A stretch of 64,000 bases of DNA from NCBI GenBank assembly GCA_002269645.1, contig NIVC01000435.1, forward strand, positions 1-64,000. The letters run 5' to 3'. The notes under the pieces are model-generated. The model was not told the origin of the DNA, made no database searches, and was given only the letters and a program-made list of their open reading frames with translations. The number at the start of each line of letters is the position of its first letter. Position 1 is the stretch's first letter. The DNA is from Macrostomum lignano. Taxonomy: Eukaryota. A program made the position numbers and the translations under genes. Positions 46,736 through 59,449 of this stretch are shown piece by piece.

Positions 46736-49700
46736 TTAATAATCTTGGCTTCGCTCTTCGCCATCAGTCTTATCGCCATCAGGATCGTCGTCTTTATCGT
46801 CCAGGTCATCAGTAGACACGCCGGCAGTCGCGGCCATCTTGGCCTTGTGAATTCGTCGAGCCCACAGTCGATGCTCCGGCAGGTCAGTGCTGGCGCGAAA
46901 CTCTTTTGTGTACGGCAGCCGGTGGCCGCGCAAACGGACAGCCAGCGACTGTAGCGACGGTTTTCGACAGCTCAGCTCGTCACTGTTCTCACCGTCGGCA
47001 CCATCAACGCCGACAAGTGCGGCGGCAATATCGACGCGTTTTGGCGAACAAATCGACACCCAGGCTAGGGCGGAGAAGACCACATCGGCGCTGGACGATT
47101 CCGGCGCACCAGCCGGACAGTCAAATCGGCGCAACCGGTCGGACAGGCTGGCCGGCTGGGGAATCGGCTGGGGCCGTTGCGGGTGGTCGGGCGAGTAGAG
47201 CAGGTGACCGCAGGTAGATAAGTAGTCCTCCAGCTTGTCGGTGTCAACAAGGTGGATATTGGACAGGAAGCTGTGGCAGGTCACGTAGATAGCGCAGGGT
47301 GCCTGTATTGCATTGATATTGAAAATATTAATCTGCCGATATGTATCGAAAAAAACTTTGCAGATATAATAATAAAAGAAATTAAAAAATACGAATAGAC
47401 GAGACTTCTAATAAAAAGGACTTCCTGCACTTCAATACGCAAATTATTTTTATTAAAGATCGTTACATTGGCAATTTGTTTGTATTCAAAGTTTCGTCTT
47501 CAATTTTAATAGACACCGATATGTATCGAAAAGAAACTTTCCCAATAGTACTCAACGTAGTACTTACATCAACGTTAACAATATCCAGCCGTGCCAATCC
47601 GCCAATCATTAGGCTAAGTCCGGGCTTCATAATAAATGTGCGCGGCTTCGGCATACGCGGCCAGCGGAATATCGAATCCCATTCGGACGGCGTGAGGAAG
47701 GGCTCCACCTGGCGATAGATAATAATAATTATTATTAAACAGAAGTGTTATTAATTATACGGTGGATTTTTAAACGGCGAATTAAGGACCAATCACTGGC
47801 ACTTGTTTGCCTTTTTTTCGAATAACAAAGCTTCTCCCCAAGGTTTTCTGTTTTAAAGCTCTGGACTTTCGGTCAGAAAGTAGTGGCATTGAATTTCGAA
47901 TTAATTAAAGATAATTCTTGGGTTCGGGCTTAGGTTAGGGCTTTGGTTAGAGCTTTAGTTAGGGTTAAGGTTAACGGTTAGATTTAGGGTTTAGGTTCGT
48001 TTTAGGTTTTAGGTTGGGGGTTAGATTTAGGGTTTGGGTTAGGGTTGAGATTTAGAGTTTATGTTACGGTTTAGGTTCGTTTTAGGTTTTAGGTTGGGGG
48101 TTAGATTTGAGTTTAGTTTAGGGGTTATATTTGGGTTTAGGTTAGGGGTTATATTTGGGTTTAGGTTAGGGGTTATATTTGGGTTTAGGTTAGGGGTTAT
48201 ATTTGGGTTTAGGTTAGGGGTTGTATTTGGGTTTAGGTTAGGGGTTAGATTTAGGGTTTAGGTTAGGGGTTATATTTGGGTTTAGGTTAGGGGTTAGATT
48301 TAGGGTTTAGGTTAGGGGTTAGATTTAGGGTTTAGGTTAGGGGTTATATTTGGGTTTAGGTTAGGGGTTAGATTTAGGGTTTAGGTTAGGGGTTATATTT
48401 GGGTTTAGGTTAGGGGTTAGATTTAGGGTTTAGGTTAGGGGTTATATTTGGGTTTAGGTTAGGGTTCACGCTAGGGTTTAGGTTTTGGTTAGGGTCGGCA
48501 ATTTGTAGTAATCATTAGAATGCTCGGCAGCCCTGCTACTATAGGCCGTATAAACAACTGACCAGTTGATAAATGACCCAATCAGTTACTAAGGAAGCAA
48601 TCACTAAGCTATACAATTCAAAATTCAATCGGCACAAACCGCATAGCTCTTAGCCAATCCGGGCGTGTCGAAGCACCACCGACCGAACTGTCGTTCGTCG
48701 ATCTCCTGCCAATCCAGGCAGCGTCGCATTACGCGTCGGAAAGTTTCTAAATCGTCGGCCGCTATTAAAGCTTCAGTTTCGCTGCCTAATTTATAAGTTG
48801 GCGACTCTAATAGATTCTGCGAGGCCAGCATGGCTTGCTGGTCGCGGCAGGCTTTCAACAAGCCAGCTGGAGTGAATGTCCGACCGACCTGGCTCTGTCG
48901 CATCACCGCCAGGGCGCTCAGCGGCTGTTGGTCGCGTTTCAACAGCGCCTCGGCGGCTTTCTCGTCGCCTAGGCGACAGGCCCGCTGGACGAGGCGTTCG
49001 CGAGTGACGCGAATTAGTGGGAATTTCAATGCGCCCAGGGTGGTGCCTGCCAGGGGCGACACTGTGGCCCGGTGGTAGCGCTCCTCCACCTAGGGAGAGT
49101 TTCGGTTTATATGCTTCATTAGTCTGTGTCTTAAGTTTCTGTCTTAAATAGTCTTAGTGTCTGTCTTAGTTAGATTCCTAGTTAGTGTCTTGGTGTCTGT
49201 CTTAGTTAGATTCTTAGTGTCTGTCTTAGTTAGTGTCTTGGTGTCTGTCTTAGTTAGATTCTTAGTGTCTGTCTTTGTTAGTGTCTTGGTGTCTGTCTTA
49301 GTTAGATTTTTAGTGTCTGTCTTAGTTAGATTTTTAGTTAGTGTCTTAGTGTCTGTCATAGTAAGATTCTTAGTGTCTGTCTTAGTGTCTTAGTGTATGT
49401 CTTAGTTAGTGTCTTAGTTAGTGTCTTGGTGTCTGTCTTAGTTAGATTCTTAGTTAGTGTCTTGGTGTCTGTCTTAGTTAGTGTCTTAGTGTCTGTCTTA
49501 GTTAGATTCTTAGTTAGTGTCTTAGTGTCTGTCTTAGTTAGTGTCTTAGTTAGTCTTGGTGTCTGTCTTAGTTAGATTTTCAGTGTCTGTCTTAGTTAGT
49601 GTCTTGGTGTCTGTCTTAGTTAGTGTCTTGGTGTCTGTCTTAGTTAGATTTTTAGTTAGTGTCTTAGTGTCTGTCATAGTAAGATTCTTAGTGTCTGTCT

Positions 49701-52153
49701 TAGTTAGTGTCTTAGTGTATGTCTTAGTTAGATTCTTAGTTAGCGTCTTGGTGTCTGTCTTAGTTAGATTCTTAGTTAGTGTCTTGGTGTCTGTCTTAGT
49801 TAGTGTCTTAGTGTCTGTCTTAGTTAGATTCTTAGTTAGTGTCTTAGTGTCTGTCTTAGTTAGTGTCTTGGTGTCTGTCTTAGTTAGTGTCTTGGTGTCT
49901 GTCTTAGTTAGATTCTTAGTTAGTGTCTTAGTGTCTGTCTTAGTTAGTGTCTTAGTGTCTGTCTTAGTTAGATTCTTAGTGTCTCTGTCTTAGTGTCTTG
50001 GTGTCTGTCTTAGTTAGATTCTTAGTGTCTTAGTGTCTGTCTTAGTTAGTGTCTTAGTTAGATTCTTAGTGTCTTAGTGTCTGTCTTAGTTAGATTCTTA
50101 GTGTCTGTCTTAGTTAGATTCTTAGTTAGTGTCTTAGTGTCTGTCTTAGTTAGTGTCTTGGTGTCTGTCTTAGTTAGATTCTTAGTGTCTGTCTTAGTTA
50201 GATTCTTAGTGTCTCTGTCTTAGTGTCTTGGTGTCTGTCTTAGTTAGATTCTTAGTGTCTTAGTGTCTGTTTTAGTTAGTGTCTTAGTGTCTGTCTTAGT
50301 GAGTGTCTTAGTGAGATTCTTAGTGTCTGTCTTAGTTAGATTCTTAGTTAGTGTCTTAGTGTCTGTTTTAGTTAGTGTCTTGGTGTCTGTCTTAGTTGGT
50401 GTCTTAGTGTCTGTCTTAGTTAGTGTCTTAGTGTATGTCTTAGTTAGTGTCTTGGTGTCTGTCTTAGTTAGTGTCTTAGTGTCTGTCTTAGTTAGATTCT
50501 TAGTTAGTGTCTTAGTGTCTGTCTTAGTTAGTGTCTTAGTGTCTGTCTTAGTTAGTGTCTTGGTGTCTGTCTTAGTTAGTGTCTTAGTGTCTGTCTTAGT
50601 TAGATTCTTAGTTAGTGTCTTAGTGTCTGTCTTAGTTAGTGTCTTAGTGTATGTCTTAGTGTCTGTCTTAGTTAGTGTCTTAGTGTATGTCTTAGTTAGT
50701 GTCTTGGTGTCTGTCTTAGTTAGTGTCTTAGTGTCTGTCTTAGTTAGATTCTTAGTTAGTGTCTTAGTGTCTGTCTTAGTTAGTGTCTTAGTGTATGTCT
50801 TAGTGTATGTCTTAGTTAGTGTCTTAGTGTCTGTCTTAGTTAGTGGCTTAGTGTATGTCTTAGTTAGTGTCTTAGTGTATGTCTTAGTTAGTGTCTTAGT
50901 GTCTGTCTTAGTTAGATTCTTAGTTAGTGTCTTAGTGTCTGTCTTAGTTAGTGTCTTAGTGTATGTCTTAGTTAGTGTCTTGGTGTCTGTCTTAGTTAGA
51001 TTCTTAGTGTCTTTCTTAGTTAGATTCTTAGTGTCTTAGTGTCTGTTTTAGTTAGTGTCTTAGTGTCTGTCTTAGTTAGATTCTTAGTGTCTTAGTGTCT
51101 GTCTTAGTTAGATTCTTAGTGCCTATCTCAGTGTCTGTCTTAGTGCCTTAGTGTCAGTCTTAGTGCCTGTCCCAGGCTGTCTGTCTGACTGCCTGTCTGT
51201 TTTTCAATAATACCCTGGCGAAGACCCAGTTTCGGTCGAAATATTGGTACTTTTGTTCATGCTTGGGCGCAACCTAGGGATTGACCCGGCCGTTTTATTA
51301 GAGGCAGGGGGGTTGTGTGCACCCTGGCGCACTTTAAGCGACATAGGCACACAACCGGCGAGAGGCATTACTGCCCATTCCGCAGACTCCCCTGAGCAGG
51401 CATACAAGCGCGCGGATACGTACGCAGGCACACACTCACACAGGAGTGTACAGCGGCCCTAACTTTATTTTATCGTTAGGCATGCACACTTCACTGTGCC
51501 TTGGGGGGTTGGCTCTCAAGGCCGTTAATTGCACGAGCAGAGCCAAGCCGAGATTCCAATTCAGCCCCAAATTAATGTGACTGCACTTGGAATCGAGCCT
51601 GGGCCGCTGGCACACCAGAGCCTGCGCTAGACCGCTGGGCTACGGCCCCCTTCACCCGGCCGTTTCTATTGGCAACACACATGTAAGTCGCTATTGGACG
51701 GAATAGTAGTCACGTGACTGTTTTCAGCCAATAGCGACTTACATGTGTGTGTTGCCAATAGAAACGGCCGAGTGATTCCCAAGGTTGCGCATGTATGCTT
51801 TTGTTAAAATTTAATAAAAAAATTGTGATTTTGCTTTTACTGTGTGTGTGTGGTTCTCTTTGCCTAATCTATATCTATCTATCTATCTATCAATCTATCA
51901 ATTTATCTATCTATCCATCCATCTATCTACCTTATCGATCTATCAATCAATCAATCAATCAATCTATCTACCTATCAATCAATCAATCAATCAATCAATC
52001 TATCTATCTATCTACCTATCAATCTATCAATCTATCAATATATCAATCTATCTATCCATCTATCTATCTATCTATCTATCTATCAACCTATCAATCTATC
52101 TATCAATCTATCAACCTATCAATCTATTTACCAATCTATCTATCTATCTATTA

Positions 52154-52238
<85 letters not shown>

Positions 52239-52613
52239 CCTATCAATCAATCAATCTATCTATCTATCTATCCATCTATCTATCTATCTACCTATCAATC
52301 TATCTATCTATCTATCTATCTACCTATCAATCAATCAATCAATCAATTTATCTATCTATCTATCCATCTATCTATCTATCTACCTATCAATCTATCTATC
52401 TATCTATTTATCTACCTATCAATCAATCAATCAATCTATCTATCTTTCTATCCATCTATCTATCTATCTATCTACCTATCAATCTATCAATCTATCTATC
52501 TATCTACCTATCAATCAATCAATCTATCTATGTATCTATCTATCTATCCATCTATCTATCTATCTACCTATCAATCTATCTATCTATCTATCTATCTACC
52601 TATCAATCAATCA

Positions 52614-52644
<31 letters not shown>

Positions 52645-55600
52645 CATCTATCTATCTATCTACCTATCAATCTATCTATCTATCTATCTACCTATCAATC
52701 TATCTATCTATCTATCTATCTACCTATCAATCTATCAATCTATCTATCTATCGATCAGAGCCGCTATACACCCTGTGTGAGCGTGTGTATGATTGCGCGC
52801 CTGTGGATGGTATCCGCACTCTTGTATGCGCAGAATTGCGTCAGCACTGGTTGTGGGTCGATGTCGCCGAAGGCGTTGCGCCAGAGTGCCAGCAACTTTC
52901 TCTATGATTATTATTTCATATCTATCTCTGTATCTGCTAGTGCTCGTCTTATAATCCCCTAAAGTACATATAGAGAAAACAAAATACACTTACTTGCACT
53001 CGGCACAGATCGGAGTTCAACAAAGAGTTAAACAGCTTCGATTTGCCAACATTGGTACAGCCGAGCAGATAGAAATCCCGTCTGTTATTGTCGCCAATCT
53101 GTTGAATCAGATAGCTAACCAGGCGCTCAACATTGTAGCCGGTTTTGGCGCTAACCAGCATCACTTTAGCTACATCCGATAGGCCTGCCTGACGGCAATA
53201 GGATCGAACTCGGGCTGCCCAGCGTTTCTCGAATACGGCCGCGTCACGGCAGAGCAAATCCACTTTGTTGCCAACCACTATTAGCTGCCTGTCTGCGCCT
53301 GGAGGGGGTAGCGGGTATTTAGCTGGTGGACAGGTAGAGAAGTCGATACAAAGGGGGGAATTATATGAGTAAACACAGAGAAGGGGAATTAGATGAATAG
53401 ATACAAAGGAGGAAGAATTAGGTGAGTAGATACAGAATCCGGGAAATCAGATGAGTAGATACAGAATAGGGGGAACTAGATGAGTAGAAGATACAGAATA
53501 GGGGGAATTAGATGAGCAGATACAGAATCGGGAGAATTAGATGAGTAGTTACAGAGGGAATTGGATATAAGTAGATACAGAATCGGAGGAATTAGATGAG
53601 CAGAAACAGAATCGGAGGAATTAGATGAGTAGATACAGAATCGGGGGGAATTAGATGAGTAGATACAGGGAGGGGAATTAGATGAGTAGATACACGGAGG
53701 GGAATTAGATGAGTAGATACAGAATCGGGGGATTAGATGGGAATTAGATGAGTAGATACAGAATCGGGGGAATTAGATGAGTAGATACAGGGAGGGGAAT
53801 TAGATGAGTAGATACAGAATCCGGGGGGAATTAGATGAGTGGATACAGAATCGGGGGAATTAGATGAGTAGATACAGAATCGGGGGAATTAGATGAGTAG
53901 AAGATACAGAATCGGGAGAATTAGATGCGTAGTTACAGAGGGAATTGGATATAAGTAGATACAGAATCGGAAGAATCAGATGAGCAGAAACAGAATCGGA
54001 GGAATTAGATGGGAATTAGATGAGTAGAAGATACAGAATCGGGGGAATTAGATGAATAGATACAGAATCGGGGGAATTAGATGAATAGATACAGAATCGG
54101 GGGAATTAGATGAGTAGATAAAGAATCGGGGGAATTAGATGAGTAGATACAGAATCGGGGGAATTAGATGAGTAGATACAGAATCGGGGGAATTAGATGA
54201 GTAGATACAGAATCGGGGGAATTAAATGAGTAGATACAGAATCGGGGGAATTAGATGAGTAGATACAGAATCGGGGGAATTAGATGAGTAGATAACAGAG
54301 GAAGTAAGTGAAATTTCTGTACCCAAAAGCAAAACATCAGTTATATAAAATAAACTCTCACTAATAAGCTTTCCCAGCTCAGGCACAATAGTCATCGGCA
54401 ATCTGGTCAAATCTACAATATGAATCAATAGCGACTTGTTCGATTTTTTAACAGCCTCAAGCACGACTGGCCATTGATCTTTGCTGACGCTGGCTTCTAA
54501 AGCTTCGTCGTGTTTGCGCATCAGGTGACAACGAAGGCACAGTAGGCTGCTCAACGCGCTACCCGGCACAGACGCAGTGGTGGCAGCGGACGAACCGAGT
54601 CCCGCTGCTGATTGGCCAGCCGAGGCCAGGGCGGCCGTGAGAGTCTCCGCTGGCACAAAGCCGGCAAAGGCGATGTTGGCGCATTGTAGAGGAGCGCCGC
54701 AGCCGTGGCAGGGGTAGCGGGTGACCGGCACCTGTTTGGGGAGGCATTGGGGAAGGCCGTTGTGAGACAAACTGTTGTTTGTTTTGTTTTGTTTAGATAG
54801 GTCCAGCAACTGAGGATCTGGGAGGCTGGTCCAGCAACTGAGGATCTGGGAGGCTGGTCCAGCAACTGAGGATCTGGGAGGCTGGCCCAGCAACTGAGGA
54901 TCTGGGAGGCTGGCCCAGCAACTGAGGATTTGGGAGGTTGGCCCAGCAACTGAGGATCTGGGAGGCTGGCCCAGCAACTGACACTCTGGGAGGCTGGCCC
55001 AGCAACTGAGGATCTGGGAGGCTGGCCCAGCAACTGGAAATCTGGGAGGCTGGCCCAGCAACTGGAAATCTGGGAGGCTGGCCCAGCAACTGGAAATCTG
55101 GGAGGCTGGCTCAGCAACTGGAAATCTGGGAGGCTGGCCCAGCAACTGGAAATCTGGGAGGCTGGCTCAGCAACTGGAAATCTGGGAGGCTGGCCCAGCA
55201 ACTGGAAATCTGGGAGGCTGGCCCAGCAACACCGGATCACCCAGCACTGATAATTGAAGACTCGAGAGTGGGCATTTAGACAGGGAATATCTAAAAAACA
55301 CTTTCATCCCCCCCCCAAAAAAACTACCGTAGGATCCTCCGAGCCATGCTTAGTGATTCGGCCGCTGCCTTTGGCAATGAGAGCGGACACCACAGGATCG
55401 GCGGCCTCGGCTTCGGCCATGACATCGGCTTCAATCGAAGCCAAATCCGACCCGGCCTTGTCCAGCAAGTCTCGATAGGATTCCACAGAGACGGCTGACT
55501 GAGACTGTTCCCGCTCAAGTTCGGCCGGCTCGTTCTCCAATTCTTTAGCAAATTCAGCCTGAGCAACTATAGATACCGGTCTCTTGCGCTGACTGTTAAC

Positions 55601-55921
55601 CTTAGCAACATCGATGAGTTCCTTAGCAACGCTAAGCCCATTGGAGTCCAGGCCTACTATGCCGCGTTTAATACTGTACCGCCAGTCGCGCTGGGCCCGC
55701 GTGTAGCCAGGCAGGCTGTCTGGCGGCCGGCTCTTCGGTGTGGCATGACTTGGCCCGGTTTCGAAACCGCAACCGCGGCGACGACGAGGAGTGCGGCGAG
55801 GCAACGGCGAGGAGGATGAGTCGGCGGAGGCGCTAAGCGCGGCACTGCAACACCGAGGTGCGCTTGCAAGACGCTGTAAGCGTCTATTAATTGTCAACAA
55901 TCCGGCTAGCATGATTGGCAA
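46736..55921 (-). CDS. NOA1: NOA1/MTG3/YqeH-family circularly permuted mitochondrial GTPase. Exons 55921-55328, 54731-54362, 53298-52994, 49089-48640, 47708-47568, 47302-46736; 808 aa
   Basis: Arg/Ser-rich presequence; Zn finger CHGCG..CLRCH; permuted order G4 NKVD, G5 SAKTG, G1 GCTNVGKS, G2 ATVSPLAGTT, G3 DTPG; C-terminal KPGLSLMIGGLARLD. Exons sum to 2427 nt in frame. Confidence 0.93.
47920..48495. repeat. TTAGG/TTAGGG-containing 24-bp minisatellite (GGGTTTAGGTTAGGGGTTATATTT) in NOA1 intron 4
   Basis: GGGGTTATAT at 48121 and 48145. Confidence 0.9.
49130..51170. repeat. About 2-kb satellite of 12-bp subunits (GTGTCTTAGTTA / GTGTCTGTCTTA / GATTCTTAGTTA) in NOA1 intron 3
   Basis: 'VSVL' periodic ORFs. 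Confidence 0.96.
51200..51650 (-). mobile_element. tRNA-headed SINE, copy B (longer 3' tail), in NOA1 intron 3
   Basis: Reverse complement reads GGGGCCGTAGCCCAGCGGTCTAGCGC..GGCTCGATTCC followed by the same body as copy A. Confidence 0.82.
51652..51775. mobile_element. About 124-bp palindromic MITE-like element
   Basis: The arm CGGCCGTTTCTATTGGCAACACACATGTAAGTCGCTATTGG is mirrored by CCAATAGCGACTTACATGTGTGTGTTGCCAATAGAAACGGCCG. No convincing TSD. Confidence 0.65.
51868..52752. repeat. (CTAT)n/(CAAT)n microsatellite, about 880 bp
   Basis: Direct reading. Confidence 0.98.
53345..54295. repeat. 29-bp minisatellite (GGGGGAATTAGATGAGTAGATACAGAATC) in NOA1 intron 2
   Basis: AGAATCGGG at 54122 and 54151. 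Confidence 0.95.
54800..55232. repeat. 28-bp minisatellite (CAGCAACTGAGGATCTGGGAGGCTGGCC) in NOA1 intron 1
   Basis: CCAGCAAC at 54803 and 54831. Confidence 0.95.
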
Positions 55922-56089
55922 TGGAATCGAAAATAGTTAAAACTAGCAATCTTCGCCCCCCCTTGGGGACATCTAGATAGAATCTCTGTTCTCTACAAGT
56001 ATCAATAAGATGGCCAAACAAAGCCTTCACATAGTCAATAGAAAAACTGCTCAGATGAAGTGCAATGCGAAAAGAAAACATCCTAAGAC

Positions 56090-56375
56090 AGCAAGCATTC
56101 CCCCAGATAGCAAGCACCTCCAGATAGCAAGCATCCCCCCAGATAGCAGGCACCCCCCAGATAGCAAGCATCACCCAGATAGCAAGCATCCCCCAGATAG
56201 CAAGCATCCCCCAGATAGCAAGCATCCCCCAGATAGCAAGCATCCCCCAGATAGCAAGCATCCCAGATAGCAAGCATCCCCCAGATAGCAAGCATCCCCC
56301 AGATAGCAGGCACCCCCAGATAGCAGGCACCCCCAGATAGCAAGCACCCCAGATAGCAAGCACCCCAGATAGCAG
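56090..56375. repeat. About 18-bp minisatellite (CCCCAGATAGCAAGCATC)
   Basis: 'DSKHPP' periodicity. Confidence 0.93.
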
Positions 56376-56376
56376 G

Positions 56377-57700
56377 CGACATGGTGGCTTTTTACTGTTA
56401 GACATGGTGGCTCTTTAATGTTAGACATGGTGGCTCTTTAATGTTCGACATGGTGGCTCTTTTAGGTTTGACATGGTGGCTCTTTAATGTTCGACATGGT
56501 GGTTCTTTAATGTTCGACATGGTAGCTCTTTAATGTTCTACATGGTGGCCCTTTAATGTTCGACATGGTGGCTCTTTACTGTTAGACATGGTGGCTCTTT
56601 AATGTTCGATATGGTGGCACTTTAATGTTTGACATCATGCCAGATTTATGTTTGACATGGTGGCTCTTTAATGTTTGACATGGTGGCTCTTTTCTGTTAG
56701 ACATGGTGGGTCTTTTTGGTTTGACATGGCGGCTCTTTAATGTTTTACATGGTGGCTCTTTAATGTTTTACATGGTGGCTCTTTAATGTACGACATAATG
56801 GCTCTTTCATGTTTAACAATGTGGCTCTTTAATGTTTTACATGGTGGCTCTTTAATGTTTGACATGGTGGCTCTTTAATGTTCGACATGGTGGTTCTTTA
56901 ATGTTCGACATGGTGGTTCTTTAATGTTCGAAATGGTGGCTCCTTAATGTTTGACATAAAGTCACATATATGTTTGACATAAAGTCACATATATGTTTGA
57001 CATAAAGTCACATATATGTTTGACATAAAGTCACATATATGTTTGACATAAAGTCACATATATGTTCGACATGGTGGCTCTTTTTAACATCTGACATGGT
57101 GGCTCTTCTATGTTTAACATGGTGGCTCTTTTATGTTTGACATGGTGGCTCTTTAATGTTCTTCATGGTGGCTCTTTAAGGTTCGACATGGTGGCTCTTT
57201 AATGTTCGAAATGGTGGCTCCTTAATGTTCTTCATGGTGGCTCTTTTTTGTTCGACATGGTGGCTCTTTTTTGTTCTACATGGTAACTCTTTTATGTTTG
57301 ATACGGTGGCTTTTTAATGTCTGACATGTTGGCTCTTTTATGTTTGACATGGTGGCTCATTAATGTTCGACAAAGTGGCTCTTTAATGTTTGACATGGTG
57401 GCTTCTAATTGTTTGACATGGTGGCTCTTTAATGTTCAAAATGGTGGCTCTTTAATGTTCGACATGGTGGCTCTTTAATGTTCGAAATGGTGGCTCTTTT
57501 ATGTTTGACATGGTGGCTCTTTTATGTTTGACATGGTGGCTCTTTTATGTTTGACATGGTGGCTCTTTTATGTTTGACATGGTGGCTCTTTAATGTTTGA
57601 CATGGTGGCTCTTTAATGTTCGACATGGTGGCTCTTCTATGTTTGATATGGTAACTCTTTTATGTTGGATATGTTGGCTCTTCTATGTTTGACATTGCGC
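56377..57700. repeat. 23-bp minisatellite (GACATGGTGGCTCTTTAATGTTC), about 55 copies, with an embedded variant block GACATAAAGTCACATATATGTTT
   Basis: Direct reading; variant block at about 56955-57070. Confidence 0.95.
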
Positions 57701-57764
57701 TTCTTTGATTTTTAGCAGTTTTGTTGTGTTTTTAAGGTGTTTTAATAAAAAAAATCTTTTTGTA

Positions 57765-57830
57765 CTACTAAGATTCGAACCCAGGTTGCTACATTAGCAT
57801 TCCAGTCTGTTCGCATCAGGGCTATCTCTT
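57765..57830 (-). other. Degenerate tRNA-like or SINE head
   Basis: Minus strand has a B-box GGGTTCGAATC and weak A-box-like spacing; no complete cloverleaf. Confidence 0.3.
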
Positions 57831-58362
57831 TTCAATTGGAGAACATGAATTGTGGCCCTTATAATTCAATTCTTACAGCAAGTCAATTGGAGTAAAAAGT
57901 TATGACATAATCAATTTCTCAGTCAGCCAGTATCAGTCTCAATTTAAGTTAGCAATATGGTTACGCAATTTAAATCAAGTCGTGTGTGCATTTCTTCAGC
58001 ACTGTTTTCAACTTGTTGTGATGCAATCTTTATCACAATCGGAATTCAGTCAGTCAGTTTTTTCTCTAGCATTCTTACAATGCATTTCAAGTCGAAAATT
58101 TGGCTTGACCTTTGCAAAAAAGCATGTTTTTCGAATATTTAATCCCTTTAACATTGAGCAATTTCTTAGCCAAGATGCATGTACCGTCCCAGGAAAATTT
58201 CTGATCGAATGGTGCAAGCACTATAGAAAAACCTTAGAAAGCAATTCTTGGCTAGCTAATCTCCATGGCTAAGCCAAGAAATTTGCTCATGGGCAAAATG
58301 CATTGTAAGCAAATCTTAGCAAGAACTTGGCAAACAAATCTCTAATGGGTAATTCTCTTGCA

Positions 58363-59137
58363 GGCTCATTTCATAGAAGATGGACATATTTGGAAAATAG
58401 AAAAAAGTCAATATTTTTGCTTGCCATTGCCTTATTAGCCTATTTTTTTACCAAATGTTTTTTATGTGCAATATATACAATCTAAGAATAAAGGAATGGT
58501 AAAATGTTGGATTAGTATGTTATCAATTGGCAAAAAGTCAATTTTGTACAAATTTGGACATTTTTTGAAGCAAAAGACATCATTAAGATTTTGTACCTTT
58601 TAAAAACAAATAGAAAGCTTTTGAAAGTTGAAACAAACTATAGATAAAAGTATAGTACTTGCATCATCTGATAAAAGCATTGGTGACCAAATAATCCATT
58701 ATATTTTTAATGTATTAATACCTCAAAGTTACTGAATTGACAGAAAAAAATATGTTACAACCATAATGTTACGACCATAAGGCTGCCTTTTCTTTTGTAT
58801 CTTTGTTGCTTTGTTGCTTTGAAAAAGAGTATGATTTCTAAATATGTTCTTAGTCAAATTTTAAAAATGTATTGCAAAATATAAAAAATGAAAAATGTTA
58901 TAAGACTTTTACCTTTCAGTTTCTATATGTCAAAAATTATGTTGTTATGACCATAAGTGTCATTTAAGGTTTAATAGCATCTATACTAATGATGATATCT
59001 ATATGAAACTCTATACATATATTCTAGACAAAATAATCTTTCATTTAAAATATTGGTTTAGTATATTCTATTATTAGATTTCATTTTATAAGTAAAAAAG
59101 CCTGTCATGTTACGACCATGCTTATATGGAATGAGCC
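58363..59137. mobile_element. Non-autonomous TIR DNA transposon, 775 bp, superfamily unassigned
   Basis: GGCTCATTTCATA..TATGGAATGAGCC termini; TGCA on both flanks (58359-62, 59138-41); internal repeated ATGTTACGACCAT motif. Confidence 0.6.
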
Positions 59138-59449
59138 TGCAGACAATTCATTTGCAGCTTATAGGCATTGATTTTTTGTGCTCTAAAATGGAATAGCATG
59201 GTAAAATGCAAACCTTACAGCATAGGCTAAAGTAAAAACAAAATGGTAAATTATAGATTATATTAAATTATAAATTATAACTAAAAACTTGAACAAGTCT
59301 ATAAGTCTATATAGCCTATCTTAAAATTATAAAATAAATGATAGATAATTGAGAAGTTATTAGATTGCCTCACTGTCCTTGCCTAAAAGGTAAAAGCTTG
59401 TTTAATTTGATTACTTTGTATTTGGTTATAGATGATACTAGATACTGGT

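Noticed and set aside
47920-48495. Interstitial telomere or chromosome-fusion scar
   Set aside because: TTAGGG occurs only within a 24-bp unit inside a NOA1 intron. There is no pure (TTAGGG)n run and no head-to-head inversion.
8291-57700. Long periodic ORFs ([43 protein letters not shown] and others)
   Set aside because: These are translations of minisatellites lying in introns or intergenic DNA. They are open in several frames and on both strands, with no coding signature.
8285-57700. CRISPR-like appearance of the regular arrays
   Set aside because: Units are contiguous with no unique spacers, there are no cas genes, and the context is eukaryotic.
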